Source: Isurus oxyrinchus (taxonomy: Eukaryota). From it: a stretch of DNA of 64,000 nucleotides. The position numbers and the translations under genes were made by a program. Within the stretch, counting starts at the first letter, position 1, and every line of letters starts with the position of its first letter. The notes under the pieces were generated by a model. It was given only the letters and a program-made list of their open reading frames with translations. It made no database searches and was not told the origin of the DNA. Positions 25,670 through 38,373 of the stretch are shown here, piece after piece. The stretch spans positions 310,001 to 374,000 of the forward strand of contig JANJGN010000546.1 in the NCBI GenBank assembly GCA_026770705.1. Reading direction: 5' to 3'.

Positions 25670-28575
25670 CCCACTACACCTTCCACCCCTTACACTGTCT
25701 GTGTAAACCCCCGTCCCATCTCCAGCCTCTCTTTCCTCTCCAAAGTCCTTGAACGTGTTTCCATCTCCCGAATCCGTTCCCATCTTTCCCGGATCTCCAT
25801 GTTTGAATCCCTCCAATCAGGTTCCCACCCCAGCCACTGTGCTGAAACAGCTCCTATCAAGGTCACAAATGGCATCCTGTGTGACTGTGACAAAGGTCAA
25901 CTTTCCCTCCTCGTCCTTCTCGATCTGTCTGCAGCCTTTGACACGCTCGACCACACCATCCTCCTCCAACACCTCTCCACTGTCGTCCAGCTGGGTGGGA
26001 CTGCTCTCCCCTGGCTCCATTCTTATCCATCTCATCGTAGCCAGAGAATCACTTGCAATGGTTTTGCAGCATCATCTGAACAGTTTTAGTTTTCACCTGT
26101 CCACTGAGGATGCCCAGCTCTACCTCACCACCACCTCTCTCGACTCCTCCACTGCTGCTAAATTATCAGGCTGCTTATCCGACATCCAGTACTGGATGGG
26201 CAGAAATTCCCTCCAATTAAATATTGGAAAGACTGAAGCCATTGTCTTCATTCCCCGCTCCAAACTCTGTTCCCTCGCTACCAACTCCATTCCTCTCCCT
26301 GGCAGCTCTCTGAGATTGAAGCCAATCTGTTCACAGCTTTGTTGTCCCATTTGATCCTGAGATGAGCTTCCGGCCTCATATCTGCGCCCTCACTAACACC
26401 GTCTATTTCCACCTCCGTAACATTGTACGACGTCACCCTGTCTCAGCTCATCTGCTGCTGAAACCCTCATCCACGCCTTCATTACCTCCAGACTCGACTG
26501 TTCCAACACACGCTCTACACTCCATAAACTTGAGGCCATCCAAAACTGCTGACCACGTCCTTACTCACACCAAGTCCCGAGACTGGTTCCTGGTCAAGCA
26601 AAGTCTCAATGTCACAATTTTTGAATATTTTTCCTCCCTATTACAGTAATCTCCTCCTCTTCCTTCATCCACGGCAACATTCCCTATCTCAGGAGTCTCC
26701 TCCTGTCCCTACAACCCTCCCTATCTCAGGAGCCTCCTCCAGTCCCTACAACCCTCCCTATCTCAGGAGTCTCCTCCTGTCCCTACAACCCTCCCTATCT
26801 CAGGAGCCTCTTCCAGTCCCTACAACCCTCCCTATCTCAGGAGCCTCCTCCAGTCCCTACAACCCTCCCTATCTCAGGAGCCTCCTCCAGTCCCTACAAC
26901 CTTCCCTATCTCAGGAGACTCCTCCAGTCTCTACAACCCTCCTATCTCAGTACCTTCTTCCAATCCCGAAAACCATTCCTATCACTGCAAACTCCTCCGG
27001 ACCCAACACCCCTCCCTATCTCTTTAACCTCCTCAAGCCCCGATAACCCTCGCGATATTTGTAGCCTCCTTGAGTCCTAACAACCTCCCCTATCTCTGCA
27101 ACCTCCTCCAGACCGAATACCTCTCCCTATCTCTGTAAGCTGCTCCATCTCTTACAACCCTTCATATTTCTGTAACCTCATCCAGCCCACTACAACCCTC
27201 CCTATCTCTGTAACCTCCTCCAGTCCTTAAAAGCTTCCATTATCTCTGTAACCTCCTCCAGCCATTATAACCCTCCCTATCTGTAGCCTCCCTCAGCCCC
27301 AGCCACACTCCATATCTATGTAACCTCGTCCTGCCCCTACAACCCTCCCTATCTCTGTAACCCCATCCTGCCCCAAAAACTCCCCCATCTCTGTAAACTC
27401 CTCCAGTCCCTGCAACCTTCCCTACCTCTGAAACCTCCACCAGCCTTTCCAACCCTCCCTACCTCTGCAATCCGTCCAGCCCCTACAACTCTTCCTATCC
27501 CTGTAAACTCCTCCTGCCCCTAAAACCCTCTCTGCTCTTGCAGCCTCCTCCAGTCCCTACACGCTCCCCATCTCCATAAACTCCTCAAGTCCCTACAGCC
27601 CTCCCTATCTCTGCAACCTCCTCCAGGTCCTACCACCCTCCCTATCTGCGTAACCTCCTCCAGCATCTACAGCCCTCCCTATCTCTGTTACCTCCTCCAG
27701 CCCCCACAAACCTCCCTATCTGTGTAACCTCCTCCAGCCCCTGATGGAAGGTGGGTCGAGCGGGTCAGTCACTTGCATGTTTATTCTGCAGCTTTAATAT
27801 TTTAAGATGGTAAGAATGTAGGAACATAAGAAATAGGGACAGGAGCAGGCCATTCGGCCCCTCACTGATCTGGTTGTAGCCTTAACTCCATTTTCCTGCC
27901 TGTCCCCCAAACCCTTGACTCCCTTGTCGATCAAAAACCTGCCTCACTCAGCCTTGAGTCTATTCAATGGCCCAGCCTCCACTGCTCTCTGGGGAAGAGA
28001 ATTCCACAGGCTAGCGCCCCTCTGAGAGAGGAAATTCCTCCTCATCTCAGTCTTAAATGGGAGAGCACTCATTCCGAAACTGTGCTCCCTGGTTCTAGAT
28101 TCCCCCACGAGGGGGAAACATCCTCCCAGTATCCACCCTGTCAAGCCCCCTCGGAATCGGATATGTTTCAATAAGGTCACCCCTCATTCTTCTAAACTCC
28201 AATGGATACAGGCCCAACCTGCTCAACATTTACTCACAGGACAAACCCTTTAATCCCAGGAATCAGCCCAGTGAACCTCCTCTGGACTGCGTTCAATGCA
28301 ACTCTATCCCTCCATAAGTAAGGAGACCAGAACTGTACACACTGCTCCTGATACAATCTCACCCTGTGCAGCTGTTGCAAGACTTCCCTCCTTTTATACT
28401 CCATCCCTTTGCAATAAAGGCCAACATTCCACTTGCCTTCCTCATTCCGTGGTGTTCCTGAATGCTGACTTTCTGTGATTCATGTACAAGGACACCCAGA
28501 TCCCTCTGTACTGCATTCTGCATCCTGTCTCCATTTAAATAATATCCTGTTTTTCTATTCTTCCTGCCAAAATAA
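25670..28575. mobile_element. Intron block: L2 fragment (+), 37-bp minisatellite, CR1 fragment (-)
   Basis: Paralogous to 8040-11735. Confidence 0.85.
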
Positions 28576-28691
28576 TTTGTTGCCATTCTCCTCAGTATTG
28601 ACCATCCCCCCAATTCAGCCTCATCAGTAAATTTTGAGTCTAGTGGATCCACAAACCATCCAGAGTTAAATATTGATATTTCTCTCCCCAG

Positions 28692-29060
28692 CTGAACCCT
28701 CACAAGAGTGGAAAGGCGACACTCCACGAGAGGTGACAGCGCAGGAAGGTTCGTGTGTACAGATTCCATGTCATTACAGTTATCCATCGTGTCTGGAAAA
28801 CCAAACGCGAGGTGGAGTCTGGTTTAATAATGAGAAAGAGATTCCCTGGGCTCCCATTGCCTTTCACTCCAAGGATCACAGTCACGAGTTACCACGGTTC
28901 CACCATCGGACCCGGCTGTCTGGAGACCTGAAAGATGGCGACTGTTCCCTGATTATAAACAACATCAGACAGGAAGATGCAGGACCTTATTTTTTCAGGA
29001 TAGAATTTGACAATGGTCCGAGACATAACTATTACCCTGTAACCCAGCTTCACGTTTCTG
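28692..29060 (+). CDS. Gene B V-set exon 2 (inner V, YFFR, extra Cys)
   Basis: 369 nt phase 1-1; AGG 28997-28999; TGT 28790-28792. Confidence 0.9.
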
Positions 29061-29299
29061 GTAAGTGCTGTGTTATAATTACTCAACAATTCACATTCAA
29101 CACTCAATGGGAAATAATAGTGTTTGATTTGCTTGTTTTTTGGCCGTGTTAACCAGCGTCACTATTTTTAATGATTTGTCTATTTCTGCTCCCAGATCCA
29201 TGAGCTTATTGTGTGTGATTGAATCCACATCATAGCTGTAACGTAAACCGAGCTGAGGGGTGATGACACCTCCCCCCTGAGTGAAGTGTCTCCTCCCCA

Positions 29300-32130
29300 C
29301 TACACCTTCCACCCCTCACACTGTCCGTGTAAACCCCCGTCCCATCTCCAGCCTCTCTTTCCCCTCCAAAGTCCTTGAACGTGTTTCCATCTCCCGAATC
29401 CGGTTCCATCTTTCCCGGAACTCCATGTTTGAATCCCTCCAATCAGGTTCCCACCCCAGCCACTGTGCTGAAACAGCTCTTATCAAGGTCACAAATGGCA
29501 TCCTGTGTGACTGTGACAAAGGTCAACTTTCCCTCCTCCTCCTTCTCGATCTGTCTGCAGCCTTTGACACGCTCGACCACACCATCCTCCTCCAACACCT
29601 GTCCACTGTCGTCCAGCTGGGTGGGACTGCTCTCCCCTGGCTCCATTCTTATCCATCTCATCGTAGCCAGAGAATCACTTGCAATGGCTTTGCAGCATCA
29701 TCTGAACAGTGTTAGTTTTCACCTGTCCACTGAGGATCCCCAGCTCTACCTCACCACCACCTCTCTCGACTCCTCCACTGCTGCTAAATTATCAGGCTGC
29801 TTATCCGACATCCAGTACTGGATGGGCAGAAATTCCCTCCAATTAAATATTGGAAAGACTGAAGCCATTGTCTTCATTCCCCGCTCCAAACTCTGTTCCC
29901 TCGCTACCAACTCCATTCCTCTCCCTGGCAGCTCTCTGAGATTGAAGCCAATCTGTTCACAGCTTTGTTGTCCCATTTGATCCTGAGATGAGCTTCCGGC
30001 CTCATATCTGCGCCCTCACTAACACCGTCTATTTCCACCTCCATAACGTCGTACGACTTCACCCTGTCTCAGCTCATCTGCTGCTGAAACCCTCATCCAC
30101 GCCTTCATTACCTCCAGACTCGACTGTTCCAACACATGCTCTACACTCCATAAACTTGAGGCCATCCAAAACTGCTGACCACGTCCTTACTCACACCAAG
30201 TCCCGTTCCCTTATCACCCGCTCTGCTCGATGACCGAGACTGGCTCCTGGTCAAGCAAAGTCTCAATGTCCAAATTTTTGAATATTTTTCCTCCCTATTA
30301 CAGTAATCTCCTCCTTTATCTTCATCCACGGCAACATTCCCTATCTCAGGAGCCTCCTCCAGTCCCTACAACCCTCTCTATCTCAGGAGCCTCCTCCAGT
30401 CCCTACAACCCTCCCTATCTCAGGAGCCTCCTCCAGTCCCTACAACCCTCCCTATCTCAGGAGACTCCTCCAGTCCCTACAACCCTCCTATCTCAGTACT
30501 CTCTTCCAATCCCGAAAACCATTCCTATCACTGCAAACTCCTCCGGACCCAACACCCCTCCCTATCTCTTTAACCTCCTCAAGCCCCGATAACCCTCGCG
30601 ATATATGTAGCCTCCTCCAGTCCTAACAACCTCCCCTATCTCTGCAACCTCCTCCAGACCGAATACCTCTCCCTATCTCTGTAAGCTGGTCCATCTCTTA
30701 CAACCCTTCATATTTCTGTAACCTCCTCCAGCCCACTACAACCCTCCCTATCTCTGTAACCTCCTCCAGTCCCTAAGAGTTTCCTTTATCTCTGTAACCT
30801 CCTCCAGCCATTATAACCCTCCCTAACTCTGTAGCCTCCCTCAGCCCCAGCCACACTCCATATCTATGTAACCTCGTCCTGCCCTTACAACCCTCCCTAT
30901 CTCTGTAACCCCATCCTGCCCCAAAAACTCCCCCATCTCTGTAAATCCTCCAGTCCCTGCAACCTTCCCTACCTCTGAAACCTCCACCAGCCTTTCCAAC
31001 CCTCCCTACCTCTGCAATCCGTCCAGCCCCTACAACTCTTCCTATCCCTGTAAACTCCTCCTGCCCCTAAAACCCTCTCTGCCCTTGCAGCCTCCTCCAG
31101 TCCCTACGCGCTCCCCATCTCCATAAACTCCTCAAATCCCTACAGCCCTCCCTATCTCTGCAACCTCCTCCAGGTCCTACCACCCTCCCTATCTGCGTAA
31201 CCTCCTCCAGCATCTACAGCCCTCCCTATCTCTGTTACCTCCTCCAGCCCCCACAAACCTCCCTATCTGTGTAACCTCCTCCAGCCCCTGATGGAAGGTG
31301 GGTCGAGCGGGTCAGTCACTTGCATGTTTATTCTGCAGCTTTAATATTTTAAGAAGGTAAGAATGTAGGAACATAAGAAATAGGGACAGGAGCAGGCCAT
31401 TCGGCCCCTCGAGCCTGCTCTCACTGATCTGGTTGTGGCCTTAACTCCATTTTCCTGCCTGTCCCCCAAACCCTTGACTCCCTTGTCGATCAAAAACCTG
31501 CCTCACTCAGCCTTGAGTCTATTCAATGGCCCAGCCTCCACTGCTCTCTGGGGAAGAGAATTCCACAGGCTAGCGCCCCTCTGAGAGAGGAAATTCCTCC
31601 TCATCTCAGTCTTAAATGGGAGAGCCCTCATTCCGAAACTGTGCTCCCTGGTTCTAGATTCCCCCACGAGGGGGAAACATCCTCCCAGTATCCACCCTGT
31701 CAAGCCCCCTCGGAATCGGATATGTTTCAATAAGGTCACCCCTCATTCTTCTAAACTCCAATGGATACAGGCCCAACCTGCTCAACATTTACTCACAGGA
31801 CAAACCCTTTAATCCCAGGTATCAGCCCAGTGAAGCTTCTCTGAACTGCCTTCAATGCAACTCTATCCCTCCATAAGTAAGGAGACCAGAACTGTACACA
31901 CTGCTCCTGATACAATCTCACCCTGTGCAGCTGTTGCAAGACTTCCCTCCTTTTAGACTCCATCCCTTTGCAATAAAGGCCAACATTCCACTTGCCTTCC
32001 TCATTCCGTGGTGATCCTGAATGCTGACTTTCTGTGATTCATGTACAAGGACACCCAGATCCCTCTGTACTGCATTCTGCAGCCTGTCTCCATTTAAATA
32101 ATATCCTGTTTTTCTATTCTTCCTGCCAAA
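29300..32130. mobile_element. Duplicated intron block: L2, minisatellite, CR1
   Basis: Near-identical to 25670-28575. Confidence 0.85.
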
Positions 32131-32250
32131 ATAATTTGTTGCCATTCTCCTCAGTATTGACCATCCCCCCAATTCAGCCTCATCTGTAAATTTTGAGTCT
32201 AGTGGATCCACAAACCATCCAGAGTTAAATATTGAGATTTCTCTCCCCAG

Positions 32251-32619
32251 ATAAACCCTCACAAGAGTGGAAAGGTGACAGTCCACGAGAGGTGACAGCG
32301 CAGGAAGGTTCGTGTGTACAGATTCCATGTCATTACAGTTATCCATCGTGTCTGGAAAACCAACCGCGAGGTGGAGTCTGGTTTAATAATGAGAAACAGA
32401 TTCCCTGGGCTCCCATTGCCTTTCACTCCAAGGATCACAGTCACGAGTTACCACGGTTCCACCATCGGACCCGGCTGTCTGGAGACCTGAAAGATGGCGA
32501 CTGTTCCCTGATTATAAACAACATCAGACGGGAAGATGAAGGACCTTATTTTTTCAGAATAGAATTTGACAATGGTCCGAGCCATAACTATTACCCTGTT
32601 ACCCAGCTTCACGTTTCTG
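32251..32619 (+). CDS. Gene B V-set exon 3 (inner V, YFFR, extra Cys)
   Basis: 369 nt phase 1-1; AGA 32556-32558; TGT 32349-32351. Confidence 0.9.
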
Positions 32620-33431
32620 GTAAGTGCTGTGTTATAATTACTCAACAATTCACATCCAACACTCAATGGGAAATAACACAAACTGTGACGTTTACATATT
32701 AACACAAAACACAGCTTATTATAACACACTGTCTGATTCTCAATAACCTGCTAATAGCTTCCAGTTCAGTCCTAAAACAACCTCTAATACCACTTTAATA
32801 TCAATGATTAAATGTATTGACTGTGTCCATCAATGTTATCAGGTTATCCACTTACATCAATCTCCCTAATCCTGTTTAAAACTTTTACATATCAACAAAA
32901 GAAAGATTTGCATTTCTATAGCACCTTTCACCACCTCTGGACGTCGCAAATGGATTCACAACCATTGAAATAATTCTTGAAATGTAGCCCTTGTTGTAAT
33001 CTGGGAAACACAGCAGCCAATTTGTGCACAGGAAGCTCCCAGAAACAGCAATGTGATCAATAACCTGATCGTCTGCTTTAGATGCCGGTTCAGTGATTGG
33101 TTCAAATGGATTCTCTCCTGCTGGGATCTGGATAGAATTTAAATCTGGCAGATTTCGGAGAAAGTAACAAGCCAGTGTGTCAGGAACTGTGAGCTGATCC
33201 CCCACCCTCACCCGGGATTGTCAATTCAATTGTCTCAAAGTGGAAGTGAATTCATCTGAGTGACAGAAACTCCACTAAGTCTGAAAATAGGAAATTCTCT
33301 CCTGATCATTGTAATCTCTCAGTTCTGATATCATCCTTGTAAAAGTGCTTTCTCTTGTGGGACTGTGATTTCTATTTGAACTGATGCTTCACGTTATATT
33401 TCTCTAAAAGGATCCATTCTCTGTGTGTTAG

Positions 33432-33728
33432 ATTTCACAGATAAACCCATGATATTCCCTGCTGAAATTATTGCAGGAAAGCGTGTGGATGTAAGCTGCA
33501 CCTTCAACACAACGTGCAATGGAACAGCAGCACCTGTCTTAACCTGGGACACTCCCACTGACGTACCTGGATCAGTCTCAAACACTGTAACTCAACATGG
33601 TGTCACTCTGACCTATACTTCTGTTCTGACCCTGATCCCATCACTCAAACACCACGGACACACTCTCAGCTGCAGAGTGAGATATCCATCTGTTTCATCG
33701 GAGCGGACCCTTGTACTAACTGTACAAG
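33432..33728 (+). CDS. Gene B C2a exon
   Basis: 297 nt phase 1-1, almost identical to 12934-13230. Confidence 0.92.
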
Positions 33729-34099
33729 GTAAGTACTGACACCCTTGATTCTATATTAGCTGTAATAGGATACAATGTGCAGAGCAAGATCCCACAAACA
33801 TCACTGGGTTGAAGACAAAACAGGTCCTTTTTTATTAGTGATATTGACCAGGGAGAGCTCTTCCTGTATTGAGCCTTGGGATTGTTTATGCCTACCTGAT
33901 AAGGCAGAGGGGGCCAAGGTTGAACTTAAAAGACAATATAGGATAATATAAATATTGTCTTCATTGATGTCAAAGATTTTGGGGGAGATGTAGTATAAAA
34001 GTTTAATATTAACAATGTAAATAGATAGTATTTATCATCAGTTACTCAAGGTCACATGAGAATAGAACACGGAGAGAGATAGTTCTATAGATACCTAGG

Positions 34100-36150
34100 T
34101 ACATAGAAACTAGGAGCAGGATTAGGACATTCAGCCCTTCAAGCCTTCTCCGCCATTCAATATGATCAAGGCTGACCCTCTATCTCAAAGCCTTATTCCC
34201 GCTTTCTCTCCGTACCCTTTGATGCCCCTAATATCAAAATATTTATCAGTTTCTTTCTTGAATACACTCAGTGACCCGGCCTCCACAGCCTCTGTGATGG
34301 AGAATTCCACAGATTGACCACCCTCTGAGTGAAGAAATGTTTCCCTATCTCAGTCCAAAATGGCCTGCCCTGTATCCTGAGATTGTCGCCCTTGGTTTTA
34401 GACTCCCCAACCAAGGGATGCATCCTCCCTCCATCCAGTCTGTCTATCTCTGTTAGAATTTCTTACGTTTATTCAGGTCTCCTCTCATTCTTCTAAACTC
34501 TAGTGAATACAGACCCAGTCGTACCAATTCTCCTCATACGACAGTCCTGCCGCCCCTGGTATCAGCCTAGAGAACCTTCTCTGCGCTCTCTCGACAGCAA
34601 GTCTATCCTTTTTTAGGGAGGGAGAGCAAATCGGCACGTAGTATCCCATGTGCAGTCTCACCAAGACCTTGTATAACTGCAGTAAGACATCCCTACTCCT
34701 GAACACAAATCCTCTTGCAATGAAGGCCAACATACCATTTGCCTTCCGAATTACTTGCTGCACCTGCCTGTTTACTTTCATTGGCTAGTGCACAAGGACA
34801 CCCAGATCCCTTTGTACATCCACATTTCCCATTATATCACCATTTAAATAATACTCTGCCTTTCTGTTTTTCACACCAAAGCCTACAATGTCACATTCAT
34901 CCACATCATCTGCCATGTGTTTGCCCACACACACAACATGTCTAAATCGCCTTGAAGCCTCTTTGCATCCTCCTCACAGCTCACACCCTTACCCAGCGTT
35001 GTGTCATCAGAAAACCTGGAAATATTGCACTTGGCTCCCTCACCCAAGTCATTTATATATATCGTGAATAGTTAGGTCCCAAGCACGGATCCCTGTGGTA
35101 TACCACTAGTTAACGCCTGCCACTCAGATAAAGACTAATTTATTCTGACCCTCTGTTTCCTGTCTATCGACCAATTCTCAATCCATGCCAGTAAATTACC
35201 CGCAATCCCATGGGCTTTAATGTTGCGCACTAGCCTCACGTAGGACCTTATCAAAAGCCTTCTTGAAATCTAAATACACCACATCCACTGGTTATCCCTT
35301 ATCTATTCTACTCGTTACATCTTCAAAATCTCCAATAGATTAGTTAACCATGATTTTCCTTTCATTAACCCATGCTGATTTTGTCGAATCCCATTAATGC
35401 TTTCCAAGCGTTCCGTTAGCACACCTTATATAATAGGCTCTAGCGTTTTCCCCATGTTAGACTAACTGATCTGTAATTCCCAGTTTTTTTCTCTCCCTTC
35501 TATTTTAAATAGTGGGGTTACAATTGCCACCCTCCAATCTATAGGAACTGCTCCAGAGCCTATAGGATTTTGGAGGATGACCACCAGTGCTTCCAATATT
35601 TCCAGGGTCACTTCCGTTAGTCTCTGGGATGTAGATTTTCAGGCCCTGGGGACTGTTCAACCTTTAACCCATTAATCTCTCCAGATTCATTTTTTAAAAC
35701 TAATCCTGATTATCTTCAATTCGTCCCTCTCACTAGACACTTGGTTCCCTAACATTCCTGGGAAATTATTTGTGTCCTCTTTTGTGAAGACAGAACCAAA
35801 ATATATGTTCAGTTCTTCTGCCATTTCTTTGTTTCTCATTAGAATTTCCCCCATTTCTGACTGCAAGGAACCTACATCGGTCACTGCTAATCTTTCTCTC
35901 TTCACATATTTATAGAAGCTTTTACAGTCGGTTTTTACGTTCCCTGCAAGTTTACTCCCATGTTCCATTTTCCCCTTCTTGATCAATCTTTTTGTCCACT
36001 TTTGCTGAATTCTAAACTGCTCCCAATCCTCAGCATTGCTGCTTCCCCTGGCAATTTTATGTCTCCTCTCTGGATCTAATACTATCCCTAATTTCTTTTG
36101 TAAGCCCTGGTTGAGCACCATTTCCTGATTTATTTTTACGCCAGACAGAA
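34100..36150 (-). mobile_element. CR1 LINE ORF2 remnant (~2 kb)
   Basis: Minus ORFs KTDCKSFYKYVKR...EMAEELNIYFGSVFTKED and KANGMLAFIARG...LQLYKVLVR. Confidence 0.88.
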
Positions 36151-36284
36151 ATGGATAATTGTTGTAGCAAATGCTTCAGCCTTATCTTTTGCCCTGATGT
36201 GCTGGGCTCCCCCTTCATTGAGGATGGGGATATTTGTGGATTCCCCTCCTCCAGTGAGCTAATTGTCCGTTACCATTGGATACG

Positions 36285-37260
36285 AGCATTAGTGGACTGT
36301 GTTAGACCATTATCGAAAATGAAAGCCGGACTCCAGTATGGCCTCACTATGATGGATATGACAACTCGATTTCCAGAGACCATCCCTTTAGGAACAATTA
36401 CAGCTAAAGTAGTATTAGGGAAGTTAACCCAATTTTTTACCCATTATGGATTACCGCTGGAGATCCAGTCAGATCAAGGTTCCATCTCTATGTCTTAAAA
36501 TTTTCCGAACATAATGAGTAATTTGGGTATAAAACAGTTAAAGTCCACAGCATATCATCCATAGACACAGGGATCTTTAGAGAGGGACCAACAAACCCTC
36601 AAAACAATGATTGAAGCTATTGTCATGAACTCCCCATGACTGGGACAAAGGACTGGATTTTCTTGTATTTCCCACACGAGATTCACCAACTGAATCGGCA
36701 GGTTTTAGTCTTTTTGGAATAACTTATGGACACGAGATAAGAGGCTGTCTGAAATACATCAAAGAAAGATATTCCGGACAGAGGGATTTCAGATGATGTG
36801 TCCACGTTTCAGGAACGGCTCATGGGAGCCTCCAAAGTGGCACAAGAACATCTTATAGTTTCTCAAACAGAGATGAAGGAATGGGGCAGACAGGCAAGCT
36901 GTGACCCGAACATCACAACCAGGGGGATGACGTGTTAGTATCATTGCCTTGGCAGGGGGAGCCTCTGAAAGCGCGGTTCAGTGGTCCCCACAAGGTAATT
37001 AGGAGTGTTGGTCAAGTAAATTAATTGATAGACACCCCAGATTGTAGAATAAAGAATCGGCTGTGACACATCAATATGTTAAAACGATACCATCGTAGGG
37101 AGGGAGGTAAAAAGGAGCAGGTATTTCATTTCTAACCAGATTCTGCATAGATTACAGAAAGGTTAATGCAGCAATAAAACCAGATTCCTACCCAATCCCC
37201 TGTTTAGAAGATGGTATTGACGAGGTTGGCAGTGCCATGTTCCTTACTGAGATAAATTTG
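36285..37260 (+). mobile_element. Gypsy pol fragment with integrase upstream of RT (Gmr1-like order)
   Basis: Integrase DMTTRFPETIPL...YGLPLEIQSDQGS followed at ~37141 by RT N-terminus FCIDYRKVNAAIKPDSYPIP. Confidence 0.75.
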
Positions 37261-37262
37261 TT

Positions 37263-37298
37263 GGTAGTGGGGGGTGTTCGTGACCATCAGTGTGGAAG
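37263..37298 (+). pseudogene. Remnant 3' end of a C2b exon (gene B)
   Basis: GTAGTGGGGGGTGTTCGTGACCATCAGTGTGGAAG resembles the C2b exon end GCAGTGGAGGGGTTCATAACCATCACTGTGGAA and is followed by the CA tract that follows C2b exons. Confidence 0.55.
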
Positions 37299-37451
37299 GG
37301 TTAGGTTTACAGGTTACACAGACCAGACACACACCAACAGACACACACACACATGTAAGCACGCACATTCACACGCACACGTGCACACACACAACACACA
37401 CACGCACACACACACACACGCACATACGCACACACACGTAAGCACGCACAT

Positions 37452-37579
37452 NNNNNNNNNNNNNNNNNNNNNNNNNNNNNNNNNNNNNNNNNNNNNNNNN
37501 NNNNNNNNNNNNNNNNNNNNNNNNNNNNNNNNNNNNNNNNNNNNNNNNNNNNNNNNNNNNNNNNNNNNNNNNNNNNNNN
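37452..37579. other. Assembly gap (128 N) inside a CA-rich microsatellite
   Basis: Run of N flanked by (CA)n-like sequence. Confidence 0.99.
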
Positions 37580-38091
37580 GTGCAGAAACACAAACACACA
37601 CATACACACACACAAACACACTCACTTGTGCAGAAACACAAACACACACACATACACACATGTGAGCTCCCTCTCCTCACTCAGTGCTGCACTGGAGTCT
37701 CGGTGTCAGCTCCGATTCTGTGTTGAAGGAAGGTAAACTCCAGATCAACAAGACCCTGAATTGGATGAGCAACCTCCTGAACAGAGAATTGTAGATTTAC
37801 CCCTCAGTGCTCCATCAATCAAATACAATTCATTGCCTGTCAAGCCCTTGGGGACATTCTGAGGATGTGAAAGGCAGTTTCTTTAAATCTGGATGGGCAG
37901 GGTCTCTGGTGGGAGAATGCTCCTGCAGTGTGACAGTTTACATAGGCAGTGCCCATTGTAAATGTGACATAGGAACTTATCTTGAGAGAAGGTGCCTAGA
38001 AATGCACACAGGCATCAGTTACAGTGAGATGATACAGGAAGTTTTGCTGTGCACTGTGATTGCTCACATTAAAATCTTTATATATTTTTAG

Positions 38092-38373
38092 ATGGACCAC
38101 AGAATCTCTCAATTACTTCTCTTGATGTGATTAACGCTTCATCGGTCAATATAATTGAGGAGAATTCTGCAGTGATAATCTGCTCTGTCGAGAGCTTCCC
38201 AGCTTCTAATCTGACGTGGCGACATCTTAATGTCCCAATGAACAGAACAAGATCCAACAATGAGCTGTGGTTGGTGATTCCTCACGTTACATCCAGGGAC
38301 ACTGGAGACTATCAGTGTGTGGCAGAGAATGAACATGGAGCAGTGGAGGGGTTCATAACCATCACTGTGGAAT
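38092..38373 (+). CDS. Gene B C2b exon 1
   Basis: 282 nt phase 1-1, open, canonical AG/GT. Confidence 0.9.

Noticed and set aside
7432-32619. V exon array as rearranging V(D)J segments (Ig/TCR/IgNAR-like)
   Set aside because: Each V ends in a GTAAGT splice donor and includes its own G strand; no RSS heptamer/nonamer at the 3' ends; the Cys pattern is Siglec-type (B-E disulfide), not the B-F YxC type.
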